Below the pieces are notes generated by a model that searched no databases, was not told where the DNA came from, and saw only the letters and a program-made list of their open reading frames with translations. 54,370 bases of DNA from a virus (lineage: Duplodnaviria; Caudoviricetes): the IMG/VR virus record IMGVR_UViG_3300020421_000026, positions 1-54,370 of that record; one strand, given 5' to 3'. The position numbers were made by a program, and so were the translations under genes. This document shows, one piece after another, positions 44,301 through 52,428 of the stretch; position 1 is the stretch's first letter, and every line of letters starts with the position of its first letter.

Positions 44301-46264
44301 ACATCACCTGATCCTAATCTTGAACCTTGTTTAATTGTATGTGGATCAACACTAGCATTACTGCTATGGTTGGCTCTTCTACCTGACATAAATCTTGTAG
44401 CACCACTAAATGTTATGTTACCATCTCTCTTCTGGAAGTCTCCTGTTGGGTTAGGATCAAAGAAGTCTTGCGTATTAGCATTACTATCTGCGTTACCAGT
44501 TCCTTGGGTAAAAGTATTTGTATTAGGTGCTGTAAATGTTGTGTCACCAGTTTTTGTTATAATAAAAGTACCATGTGCTTCAGTGTTACTAGTATTTTGA
44601 ATTGTAACTGAGTCACCAGTAACTAATCTGTGATTACCTGATGTAACAACTGACATCACTGAACCATTACCTTCAACTGTGGCAATTTTACCACTTACAT
44701 TTTGTTGTCCTGTATGCAATACTGCATACGGAGAATTAAATTTCTGCGTTTGTAGGAAAATGTCTGCTAAAGGCGTACCTGTGGAACTTTGGAATGTTAT
44801 AACATTTGAATCTATTTGAGTATTACTCATTATAGCATTTGAACTATCTACAACTGTACCATTTGCTAATTTATGTCTAGGTAATATACTACCATCAGTT
44901 TCAATTATAAAAGTTTTATCAACTTTGTTAGTATCTGTATAATCTTTTAATTCTGTATTAGCAGTTACAATATTGGCTTCTGCCGCGGCAATTGATGCCA
45001 CTAAAGTATTTGCAACTGTTGTATTATTGTTTAATGAATCTGTTATTTCTCTTAGAGTATCTAACTGCGATGGAGCACCACCAATTAAATCTGTTAATTC
45101 TGTTTGCACATAAGCAGTTGTGGCAATATTTGTGCTATTGTCGTTTGCTGATTGAGTACTTGCTGTTGCTGTTGCACCTGTTAAATCTACAGTACCAGTA
45201 AATGTATAATCTGCTGTTAATGTATCATTTCTATCTGTTGTAACAACATCGCCTGTTACATCTATAGTACCACTTGATTCTGTTAAGTATGTACCTGGTG
45301 TAACATAGTTACTAATAGCACCGTCAAAGTCTGTGACTTGGTCTGCTGTAATGGCTATTGCAACTGTATTAGCATCTGTTAGTTGTCCTTGTTGATTAAC
45401 AACAAAAGAACTTACTTGACTTGCGTTGCCGCCATAACTTGCGGCTGTAACACTAGTGTCAGTAATATTGAATACACCAGTTGCTTCAGTATATGTTAGT
45501 CCTGTTGTAGCACTTACATTTCCTCTAACTCGTGCTTGAAAGTCTGTAACTTGCGAACTTGGTATAGCAATCATTACAGAGTTTGCATCTATTAATCTAC
45601 CTTTTGAATCTACATTGTATGTTGCAACTGCTGTGGCATTTCCTTGAGCGCCAGCAGTAACAGTAGTATCTACTAAATCTATTGTAATATCAGAACCATC
45701 ATCTGTTCCTTGACTTGCAACAATAATGTTACTGTTGCTTAAACCTTGTGCTGATTTAACGTATGCACCTTGTGTGTGGTAATCTAATATTACTGCATTT
45801 GCATTTATGTTTGCGGCAAAACTGTCAGTGAACGGACCTTCAAAACTTACACTACCTGTAAGGTCTCCGTCTAATGTTAGGTTTACATTGCCTGTGAATT
45901 TTTGTGCTGAAGTGGCTATACCTTCAAAGTAAGGACCAGTAACATTACCAGTTGTGGTCAATGTTCCTTCAACATTTGAATTTGCGTCTAGTACAATTTT
46001 ATTGGTAACACCTGTTGTTCCAATAGTTAAGTCTGCACTATTATATGTTAATCTTATATTGCTAGTTTGTGAGTTTAATTGCAGATAAGAACTGTCAACA
46101 TCACTGTCGCTATTAATCACATAGCCGTCAGCATCATTAACTGTAACTGTGTCGTTCAAAAATGTTGTGGTACCATATCCTACAATATTACCACGGACCG
46201 TTAAGTTTCCTTGTACGTCAAGATTTCCGTCTGGTCTGAAATTCGATTTGTTGTTTGTTGCCAT
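41336..46264 (-). CDS. Long fibre-like virion protein (1642 aa)
   Basis: G/T/S/N-rich, with GDIT.VTAG.GL.GG and EG.NLY.T repeats and the same ARYADLAE C-terminal domain as the downstream gene. Confidence 0.75.
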   Translation of the reverse strand: MATNNKSNFRPDGNLDVQGNLTVRGNIVGYGTTTFLNDTVTVNDADGYVINSDSDVDSSYLQLNSQTSNIRLTYNSADLTIGTTGVTNKIVLDANSNVEGTLTTTGNVTGPYFEGIATSAQKFTGNVNLTLDGDLTGSVSFEGPFTDSFAANINANAVILDYHTQGAYVKSAQGLSNSNIIVASQGTDDGSDITIDLVDTTVTAGAQGNATAVATYNVDSKGRLIDANSVMIAIPSSQVTDFQARVRGNVSATTGLTYTEATGVFNITDTSVTAASYGGNASQVSSFVVNQQGQLTDANTVAIAITADQVTDFDGAISNYVTPGTYLTESSGTIDVTGDVVTTDRNDTLTADYTFTGTVDLTGATATASTQSANDNSTNIATTAYVQTELTDLIGGAPSQLDTLREITDSLNNNTTVANTLVASIAAAEANIVTANTELKDYTDTNKVDKTFIIETDGSILPRHKLANGTVVDSSNAIMSNTQIDSNVITFQSSTGTPLADIFLQTQKFNSPYAVLHTGQQNVSGKIATVEGNGSVMSVVTSGNHRLVTGDSVTIQNTSNTEAHGTFIITKTGDTTFTAPNTNTFTQGTGNADSNANTQDFFDPNPTGDFQKRDGNITFSGATRFMSGRRANHSSNASVDPHTIKQGSRLGSGDVVFLSNITIQRDSNITSQSYASNITSLFFKEEIGTPSFFGGTSSGLGVASGNIFTFAHSSDVTDRNADSYGGNISSQASASTVKIGSPRASRHTFEDSVMFVGGDISTYITNQTVSANSGADVYSVTSASSSAGDGLIERLTVDGAIIIGDKQSDTYHADGTIYYDGSQFYGVEAGVPKTLVQAGVNTIDLGSANNGSDTTIMTQAGTTFFPAGIKGDYGITVSRIANTTANVAVIETSNADIRGLFSVSAGSQGYNSGTGVISVPSTSDHITEGTNLFYTDERVDDRVGALIVGGANITATYDDTGGTLTLDADLSGDITSVTAGTGLTGDATSGDVTLNVVGGTGITANANDIAITNTGVTAGVYGDANKVPALTINAQGQVTGAANTSINITASQVSDFAEAVDDQINVLVSGGANITVTYDDTNGTFVIDNDLTGDVTGVVAGAGLTGGGSSGDVTLNVVAGTGMTVNANDIAIDLKDEDNMASDSSTHAASQQSIKAYVDAEVLSVTAGNLSLASKTTSDLAEGTNLYYTDERAADKIGAIMSGSGNITVTYDDTADTIVVSESLTTTDITEGDNLYFTTTRIDDYLDGGNGIAYGSGTIDVDATVVRTNTAQTIAGAKTFSDDAVFNGNLTVNGTQTVVNTETLTVDDNIIVLNNNESGTPSQDAGIEVERGTSTNVKLQFDEGTDKWQFTNDGSTYNDILTVTQVEALLSVTDSGGDGSLAYDNTTGVFTYTGPSASEVRAHLSGSSGVNYDNSTGAITADTSEIRALFSASGDISYDNSTGVISFTNDAGDIESVTAGNGLSGGGTSGAVSLAVDLTDTAIFTSTNTASKAVVRDASGNFAANIITGTATAARYADLAENYLADKPYEPGTVMVIGGSAEVTEVTKQNSPAVAGVVSTNPAHLMNAELEGDNVVAVALKGRVPVKVAGAVRKGDVLIASNTPGHAQAAPFNGYHAGASVIGVAISENLTSGTGVVEALIK

Positions 46265-46320
46265 CTATTATCTCACATTAGCATTGTATTAGTTGTATTT
46301 ATCTTTTTGAGTCAAAAGTC

Positions 46321-46352
46321 AAAAAAAAGCACCTCCCGAAGGAAGTGCTTTT
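46321..46352 (-). terminator. Rho-independent terminator after MCP with a cUUCGg tetraloop
   Basis: Minus strand GCACTTCC-TTCG-GGAGGTGC-T8. Confidence 0.92.
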
Positions 46353-46392
46353 CTATTGGTTTTTGCGTTCGCAAAAAGAATTAAATTAATTC

Positions 46393-47532
46393 TTACTGGA
46401 ATGCTACGTTGGACAATGTGATTGCATCAACATAGTCAGCCGCGTTACCCAATGAACTTGCTGTGTTAGTAAGTTCAATGTAACCATATCTTGTCATAAA
46501 TGACACTACTGGTTCAAATGTAGCAGGGTCCATTACTGGGCCTGTGCTCATTAGTGGGATATACGGACAGTAGAACGCAGGTGCATCAGTTTCGCTTGAT
46601 CCTTTGTAACCAACAAGTACTTTAGTACCGTCAGCCGCATAACTGTCAACAAAAACTTTGATAGATCCGTTAAGGACACCAGCAAGTTTAGTGTTTGTAG
46701 GTGCTTCGAAAGAACCTTCAGTTGTTCTAGCAAAAGTTGAAGTAGATGCTGATTGTAATATTGTAAGTGCTTCAGGTGAAACAACAATATAGTTACCAGC
46801 GCCACGTCTTGTTCTTGCCGCGATTCTGTTTGCCGCTCTGTTAATCTCAATAGCCAATACCGCGTGTCTGTCACCAACGTAAGTTTGTGTACCAGTCACT
46901 GAGTTAAAGTCTAAAGTAGTACCAGAACCTGCAAGACTTCTTAGTGAACCGATAATTTCTTGGTCGATTTCAACTACGATTTCTTGTGCAAGTGCCTGCA
47001 TAATTTCTGCTTCAACATCAAGACCGTGCATTGATTCGGCATCTTGAGCTGACTCAAATGTCCATCTAGCACTTAAACGTCTTGTTTTTGCTTCAACAGT
47101 TTGCTTTAAGATTTGGATTGATAATTTCTTACCAGCAGTTCCTTCCGAAGCCGCTGTTGCATCAGGTGAACCTGAATATGCATTCGCAATCTTAAATGGT
47201 GAAAGTGCTTCATCACCTGGATTAACTCCAGTTGCACTCTCGGCATACCTTGTTCTTAAAGTATGGATTTGTCCTACTGGACCAGTCATAGGTTGAACAC
47301 CTACTAATTCGTTAGCAATAACTGAAGGCATAACCCTTCTAATTAAAGGTAACATTACTTTGTTTAATGTAGCAACGTTGCCAGCCTGAGTAGCACCACT
47401 GGATGCTGATTCTTGAAGATGTCTTTTAGTATTTTCTAGAACCACGTCCAATGAACTTTTTCTAGAACCGTTAAGTCCTTCTAAAAGTGCGTCCTTGGTT
47501 GCTGACCAATTGCTTTCAAATAATTCTGCCAT
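46393..47532 (-). CDS. Major capsid protein (gp23-like)
   Basis: LIRRVMP..IA.E.VGVQPMTGPVGQI, VEAKTR.L.ARWT.E..QD, RTRRGAGN, VGYKG..E.DA..FYCPYIPL, TRYG. Confidence 0.96.
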   Translation of the reverse strand: MAELFESNWSATKDALLEGLNGSRKSSLDVVLENTKRHLQESASSGATQAGNVATLNKVMLPLIRRVMPSVIANELVGVQPMTGPVGQIHTLRTRYAESATGVNPGDEALSPFKIANAYSGSPDATAASEGTAGKKLSIQILKQTVEAKTRRLSARWTFESAQDAESMHGLDVEAEIMQALAQEIVVEIDQEIIGSLRSLAGSGTTLDFNSVTGTQTYVGDRHAVLAIEINRAANRIAARTRRGAGNYIVVSPEALTILQSASTSTFARTTEGSFEAPTNTKLAGVLNGSIKVFVDSYAADGTKVLVGYKGSSETDAPAFYCPYIPLMSTGPVMDPATFEPVVSFMTRYGYIELTNTASSLGNAADYVDAITLSNVAFQ

Positions 47533-47542
47533 TTCTTATCTC

Positions 47543-48649
47543 CTAATTTGAAAGTCCGGCTAATTTACGGATAGCATCAATTTCGACGATATCCTGTCCA
47601 TCTTCAGTTGAAGGCTGAACATCTTTGTCACCAGTGTGTTCTGATGTCACTGATTCCGTTAATGGTTTACGACTCTCTTTCGGTGCTTCGCCGTCTAAAA
47701 CACTTGGTAAGTATTTGTTAAATTGCTTCTCAAGGTTTTCTGTTTTAACACTTTCTAATAAGTCAACCATAATTTCTTTTTTGCCTTTTGCTAGAGGTTT
47801 AAGCAAAGTATCAAGTTGTTCTTTACGAGCATACTTGTCTTCTGCTATTCTCAACTTGCTTTCAGTAAGTTTAGTTGCTTCTGCTTTCGCATCTGCTTCT
47901 GCTTTACTTTCTTCAAGTTGTCTTCTAACATCGGCGATTGTTTTTTCTAGGTCTTTAACATCTGAACTTTCGTTTAAGTAACTTGAACGATATTCATTTG
48001 CAAAAGATTCGAATATTCTTCGACCAAAGTCATTTTCTCTGGCGGCTGTGATGTCATCTCTAAACTGTTGTACGTTGTCAGACACAACTTTATTAACAAC
48101 AGCCTCGACTTTGTCAGCGGCACGTTTAATGAAGTCTGATTTGGATTCAGCAAGTTGTTTCTTACCTTCTCTAACCATTTTCACTTTTTGTTCAACTAGT
48201 GCTTGTTTATCCTCGTGGAATTCTTTAATCTCTCCAGCAAGTGATTCAACAACAAAGTTATCAAGTTTTTCAACATGTGCTTGAACACTTTCGCGTTCCA
48301 GTCTTAACTCTTTAACTTCTTTAGCAAGTTGTTCTGCAATAAAACCTTCCAGTTTCTTTGCATGTTCGCTAACAGCCTTTTTGTAAGCAACTCTTTCTTC
48401 AGCGACTTTAACTTTATCTTCAGCAAGTTCTTGCATTTCTGCTTCGATTCTTTCTTTGATAAATCCGTCAACTGCTTCAACAATTAAGCCTTTGTCATGC
48501 TCATATCTTTGAGCAAACTCTTCTCTTAATTCTGCAGTGAGTTCCTCACGGGCTTCGGCAAGACGACTTTCCCAGGCCTCGACGATTTGACCTTGTGATT
48601 CCTCGGTCAATTCGGTAGACTTGATAAGGTCTTCAAATTTTTCTGCCAT
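47543..48649 (-). CDS. Prohead scaffolding protein (gp22-like)
   Basis: E/K-rich coiled coil between the protease and MCP genes. Confidence 0.85.
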   Translation of the reverse strand: MAEKFEDLIKSTELTEESQGQIVEAWESRLAEAREELTAELREEFAQRYEHDKGLIVEAVDGFIKERIEAEMQELAEDKVKVAEERVAYKKAVSEHAKKLEGFIAEQLAKEVKELRLERESVQAHVEKLDNFVVESLAGEIKEFHEDKQALVEQKVKMVREGKKQLAESKSDFIKRAADKVEAVVNKVVSDNVQQFRDDITAARENDFGRRIFESFANEYRSSYLNESSDVKDLEKTIADVRRQLEESKAEADAKAEATKLTESKLRIAEDKYARKEQLDTLLKPLAKGKKEIMVDLLESVKTENLEKQFNKYLPSVLDGEAPKESRKPLTESVTSEHTGDKDVQPSTEDGQDIVEIDAIRKLAGLSN

Positions 48650-48658
48650 AGTAGTCTC

Positions 48659-49288
48659 CTACCTCAATTTTAATTCATTAATAAAATTAATGATATTTTT
48701 ATCTAGATGCATTTTTGCACCTAAGGTTTTTTCGTGTGTATAGTCTTTGGCAATATCATGTATCATGCTACCACCTCTCATATTAAACAAAGACTCATAA
48801 ATGGTCTTTGGATAGGCGTCCGGGGCGGACGGTTGTGCAACAATATCCACAGTAACGATATCAAAATCAGACACACGACCTGATTCATTTACGTTTCCAC
48901 TTCCTCTACTGCTCACACCTAGTTTTGCTCCTGCTTTTAATAAAGCCCTTGCAATATTCCCCATTGGTGTATCTATTACTTTTAGTTTACCCATTCCGTT
49001 TGCGCCATTACATGCCATTTCTGTAATGATATGGCTCACACGGTCTAAGTTAATTTGTAATTCTTCTGGATGGTCTAATTCGCCCATCACAGTTTCACCT
49101 TTGTTGAGTCTTTCAGTAACGTTGTCAACGGCCCGTGATATTTCATCCTTCGGATATACTCGTCCATTCTGGTTCTTTACATCACCTTGAATAAACAATC
49201 CTTGCATGTATAAGTCTTTACCATCGCTAGATTCCGTTAAAGAAATCTGACTTTGTTCAGGACTCATGTATTCATATAACTTACGCAC
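48659..49288 (-). CDS. Prohead protease (gp21-like)
   Basis: KNQNGRVYP, GELDHP, LDRVSH, TPMG.I, LGVSSRGSG, DIVAQPSAP.A. Confidence 0.95.
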   Translation of the reverse strand: MRKLYEYMSPEQSQISLTESSDGKDLYMQGLFIQGDVKNQNGRVYPKDEISRAVDNVTERLNKGETVMGELDHPEELQINLDRVSHIITEMACNGANGMGKLKVIDTPMGNIARALLKAGAKLGVSSRGSGNVNESGRVSDFDIVTVDIVAQPSAPDAYPKTIYESLFNMRGGSMIHDIAKDYTHEKTLGAKMHLDKNIINFINELKLR

Positions 49289-49319
49289 CGTTTAACTCCG
49301 TTAAAATCTTATTCAAGCC

Positions 49320-50225
49320 TTACTTAATCTCGTCTGAGTTATTTACTGCTTGAGAGTCAACTTTAAGATTGCTTGATCCACCTGAATCTTTTGCTGAGTT
49401 AGGGTTACCTTTCTCACTTGCGTTACCGTCTCCACCACTGTTGGTTTTAGTTGGTTCGCCTTGTCCATGTGGGCTCAATACTTTACTCGGGCCACCTTTA
49501 GCATTACCTGAGTCATTGTTGTCTGCCGCGCCACCTTTAAGTGGTTCTTTAGCACCCATATCAGCGACTTTGTCACTCATTTGAGTTGCTTCTTCAACAA
49601 CATCGTCATCTTCATCGACAACTTCTTCGTCTAGGTCATACTCAACGGATTCTTCTTCCATTTCTGCGTCCATGTCCATGTCGTCTCCGTCCATGTCCAT
49701 CATGTCTGCATCCATTTCTGCTTCTTCACCGTCTTCGCCTTCTTCGTCACCTTCTTTATCAAGAAGTTTTTCGAATTCAGCTCTTAGGTCTTCGAGTTCA
49801 GATTCAAGTTCATCAACTTTATCTTCAATCTCGCCGTCTTCCATTTCCTCGCCAATCTCGTCAGATTCGATATCTGCATCTGCTTCTTCAACATCTGCAA
49901 CAAAATCTGCTTCTGGATCTGCTTGGTTAATTTCTTCTTCTACTGCTTCATCTTCAGAATCAACTGATTCATCCATGTCCTTTTCAGCATCAAGTTTTTC
50001 TTTCTTTTTGCCTTTGGGTTTCATTTCTTCGTCAATTTCTTCTTCGCTGTCTACTGCTTCTGCAACAGTTTCATCTGTTGAGACTTCAGCATCATCTAAG
50101 ATACGTTCGTATTCCTTACGAGCTGTTTCAACAACGTATTCGTGAAGCAGTTCTTCGGCACGTTCGTTATCTTCAGCAAGTAAGAATTCTAGTACTTGTT
50201 CTAGTTTACTTTTGCTTTCTGACAT
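49320..50225 (-). CDS. Highly acidic prohead core-like protein
   Basis: E/D-rich, located between portal and protease like T4 gp67/gp68. AGGAG SD. Confidence 0.65.
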   Translation of the reverse strand: MSESKSKLEQVLEFLLAEDNERAEELLHEYVVETARKEYERILDDAEVSTDETVAEAVDSEEEIDEEMKPKGKKKEKLDAEKDMDESVDSEDEAVEEEINQADPEADFVADVEEADADIESDEIGEEMEDGEIEDKVDELESELEDLRAEFEKLLDKEGDEEGEDGEEAEMDADMMDMDGDDMDMDAEMEEESVEYDLDEEVVDEDDDVVEEATQMSDKVADMGAKEPLKGGAADNNDSGNAKGGPSKVLSPHGQGEPTKTNSGGDGNASEKGNPNSAKDSGGSSNLKVDSQAVNNSDEIK

Positions 50226-50449
50226 TATTGTGCTCCTATAAATTTATTATAATTCATAATTAACTACTCTCCGCGATTGTGGATTGTAGTTATGTCGTAT
50301 TTGTACTTATATATAACTGTGTTTTATAGACAAAAAGGGCCTATTTTGATGTGTTTTTGTCAAAATAGTGTGAAATGAGTGTTTTTGGCATCTGTTTGTA
50401 CCATTGTATGCAAATATTTATCTGTTAGTAATATTTGATAAAGTACTAG

Positions 50450-50656
50450 TTAAAGTGCTGGTGAATCGTCGCCACCTGATTTAGCATACATCATACTAGC
50501 AAGTTTTTTACGTTCTAGGTTTTCAGATTTTTTAAGTTCTCTATATTTTCTTAATTTACTGAGAGCCTCTAATGTAAGTTTAGACTTACGAGTATCGTCC
50601 ATTTTGCGAGTGGCTTCTCTGTCTTTCTCTGGATTGTAAAATTCGTCCAATCTCAT
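50450..50656 (-). CDS. Small basic head-module protein
   Basis: 68 aa, TAATG-coupled to the portal gene. Confidence 0.7.
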   Translation of the reverse strand: MRLDEFYNPEKDREATRKMDDTRKSKLTLEALSKLRKYRELKKSENLERKKLASMMYAKSGGDDSPAL

Positions 50657-52362
50657 TATATTTGCTCTCCTGTATCAGTACCTGGTCCAATTGGTGTAAC
50701 ATCTGGTGCTTGTACATCATCCATTGGCTCAATTGGAATATCATCGACTGGTGCGTCTAAATCTAAATCTGCACTAGGTCCTGGTCTGATTCCTACATTT
50801 CTTAAACCAATATCTCCGACGTTTCCGGAAACTTGGTCTTCATTGTATTTATTCTCTTCTTTCCAATATTCTTCGTTTGCTTTCATTTCGTCTTGTGTAA
50901 GTCCCAAGTACTTTTGCATTTTAAATTGTTGCGACAAGTAAGGTACTGCTTCTAACGAACTGAACAACGATGCTCTTTGTGTATCTAAATCTAATTCTCT
51001 ATAACTGCTAAAGTTTTGTGGTGGAGCAAATTCTATTTTAAATGTGCTATTATCCATCTCAACGCCTTTATATGCTAGATACATTTTAAATTCTCTGTCT
51101 AAGTTTCTAATAACTTGTTTTTGCAAACGTTCACAATATTTTGCAAATTGAAATTCTTGTATAAATGCAACTCCCACTTTACCATCATTGTATTGTGCAG
51201 ATCCATCATCTGGTCCTGTTGGCAAATAAGAACTAGGAACTCTTAAACCTCTTAACAGTTTGTTGTTAAAGTATTTAAGGTCATCTATTTGTCCTAGATT
51301 TTCACCACCTGGTAATGTGTCAACTTTACTACCTCTACCATCTGCCGTTTGTGCAAAGAAATAATCTTCTAACATACTCATTGGATTGTATGCCGCATCT
51401 GCTACGTTGCCACCATCTTTATTTTTGTTTGGTACACGTTTTTGTTGCACTTCATATTTTACTCTTTCCAAATATTGTTGTGCTTTGTGTGGAGGCATGT
51501 TGCCTACGTCAATAAAGAACACACGTCTTTCTGGTGCTCTGTGTACTCTATAAATGATTATAGAATCTTCTAATAATTCTTTTTGTTTGAAAACTTTAAA
51601 TACAGGTTCTAATATACTGATACCAAAGGGCCAGTTATGATCCATGCCTTCAGTTAGACTTAAATGTACAACGTGTTGGGCATCTACAGGAGTACCATAA
51701 TTAGTTCCTTGGTCTCCTAAATTTTGCGTACTATAATTACTAACACTTGTTCCAACATTTCTGCCTGTCATCATACCTGCACCAGCACCATAGGGTCTAC
51801 TATGTAATGCTGAGGCACTAGTTGCCGCAAGTTGTTCAAAGTTTGCTTCTAAGTTTTTAATAAAGTAAGTTTCAATCTTCTTACCTTCACTTTCATTTAC
51901 AACAACCTTTTCAACATTAGCAGGATCAGTCCAATACAGTTTGTATGTTTCTGGATCTCTAACAAAGAATTGGTCTCCATACTTTAAAGTGCTTCTTAAC
52001 ATTTTAAACACACGTCTGTTTAAGTCATTTAAGTTACACCATTGCTCCATAGTCTTGTTGAGAATTTTCATCTCAGTTGCACTAGGGTCTTCTGTGAATT
52101 TGAATACAAACGGTTGTTCAGAAGAATCATCTTCTTGTGAACAAAATTCTGCTAAAATATCTAATGCGGCATTAATTTCCAAATCGTTGTCCATTTGGTC
52201 ATATTGAATATATCGCATTAACCTATTTGGTGAACCAGCATATACTTCTGGTAACCAACTACTAAATCTAGCATTGGCAAAGTTTCCAGTAGACTGGTCT
52301 CCAGTAACATTACTGGGTAGCCCTGCGTTGCTATTATTAAAGTATTTTCTCCAAGTCGCCAT
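50656..52362 (-). CDS. Portal protein (gp20-like)
   Basis: LLEDSIIIYRVHRAPERRVFFIDVGNMP..KA.QY, SMLEDYF, GRGSKVDTLPGG.NLG.IDD..YF..KL.R.L.VP. Confidence 0.96.
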   Translation of the reverse strand: MATWRKYFNNSNAGLPSNVTGDQSTGNFANARFSSWLPEVYAGSPNRLMRYIQYDQMDNDLEINAALDILAEFCSQEDDSSEQPFVFKFTEDPSATEMKILNKTMEQWCNLNDLNRRVFKMLRSTLKYGDQFFVRDPETYKLYWTDPANVEKVVVNESEGKKIETYFIKNLEANFEQLAATSASALHSRPYGAGAGMMTGRNVGTSVSNYSTQNLGDQGTNYGTPVDAQHVVHLSLTEGMDHNWPFGISILEPVFKVFKQKELLEDSIIIYRVHRAPERRVFFIDVGNMPPHKAQQYLERVKYEVQQKRVPNKNKDGGNVADAAYNPMSMLEDYFFAQTADGRGSKVDTLPGGENLGQIDDLKYFNNKLLRGLRVPSSYLPTGPDDGSAQYNDGKVGVAFIQEFQFAKYCERLQKQVIRNLDREFKMYLAYKGVEMDNSTFKIEFAPPQNFSSYRELDLDTQRASLFSSLEAVPYLSQQFKMQKYLGLTQDEMKANEEYWKEENKYNEDQVSGNVGDIGLRNVGIRPGPSADLDLDAPVDDIPIEPMDDVQAPDVTPIGPGTDTGEQI

Positions 52363-52384
52363 AAAATCTCTCTTTATATGCGTA

Positions 52385-52392
52385 TATTTATC
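52385..52392 (-). promoter_or_regulatory. Late-promoter motif for the portal gene
   Basis: GATAAATA 22 nt upstream of the portal ATG. Confidence 0.65.
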
Positions 52393-52428
52393 ACTTTTTG
52401 ATTATTATGTCAACAAATTACTGGACGA

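Noticed and set aside
50226-50449. ncRNA in the 224-nt gap in the head module
   Set aside because: Explained by late motifs (50415-50422 and a TATAAGTA variant) and an imperfect leader hairpin. There is no further support.
52385-52413. Sigma70 promoter for the portal gene (TTGACA at 52408-52413)
   Set aside because: The aligned -10 position holds the late motif TAAATA, not TAnnnT, so it is likely coincidental.
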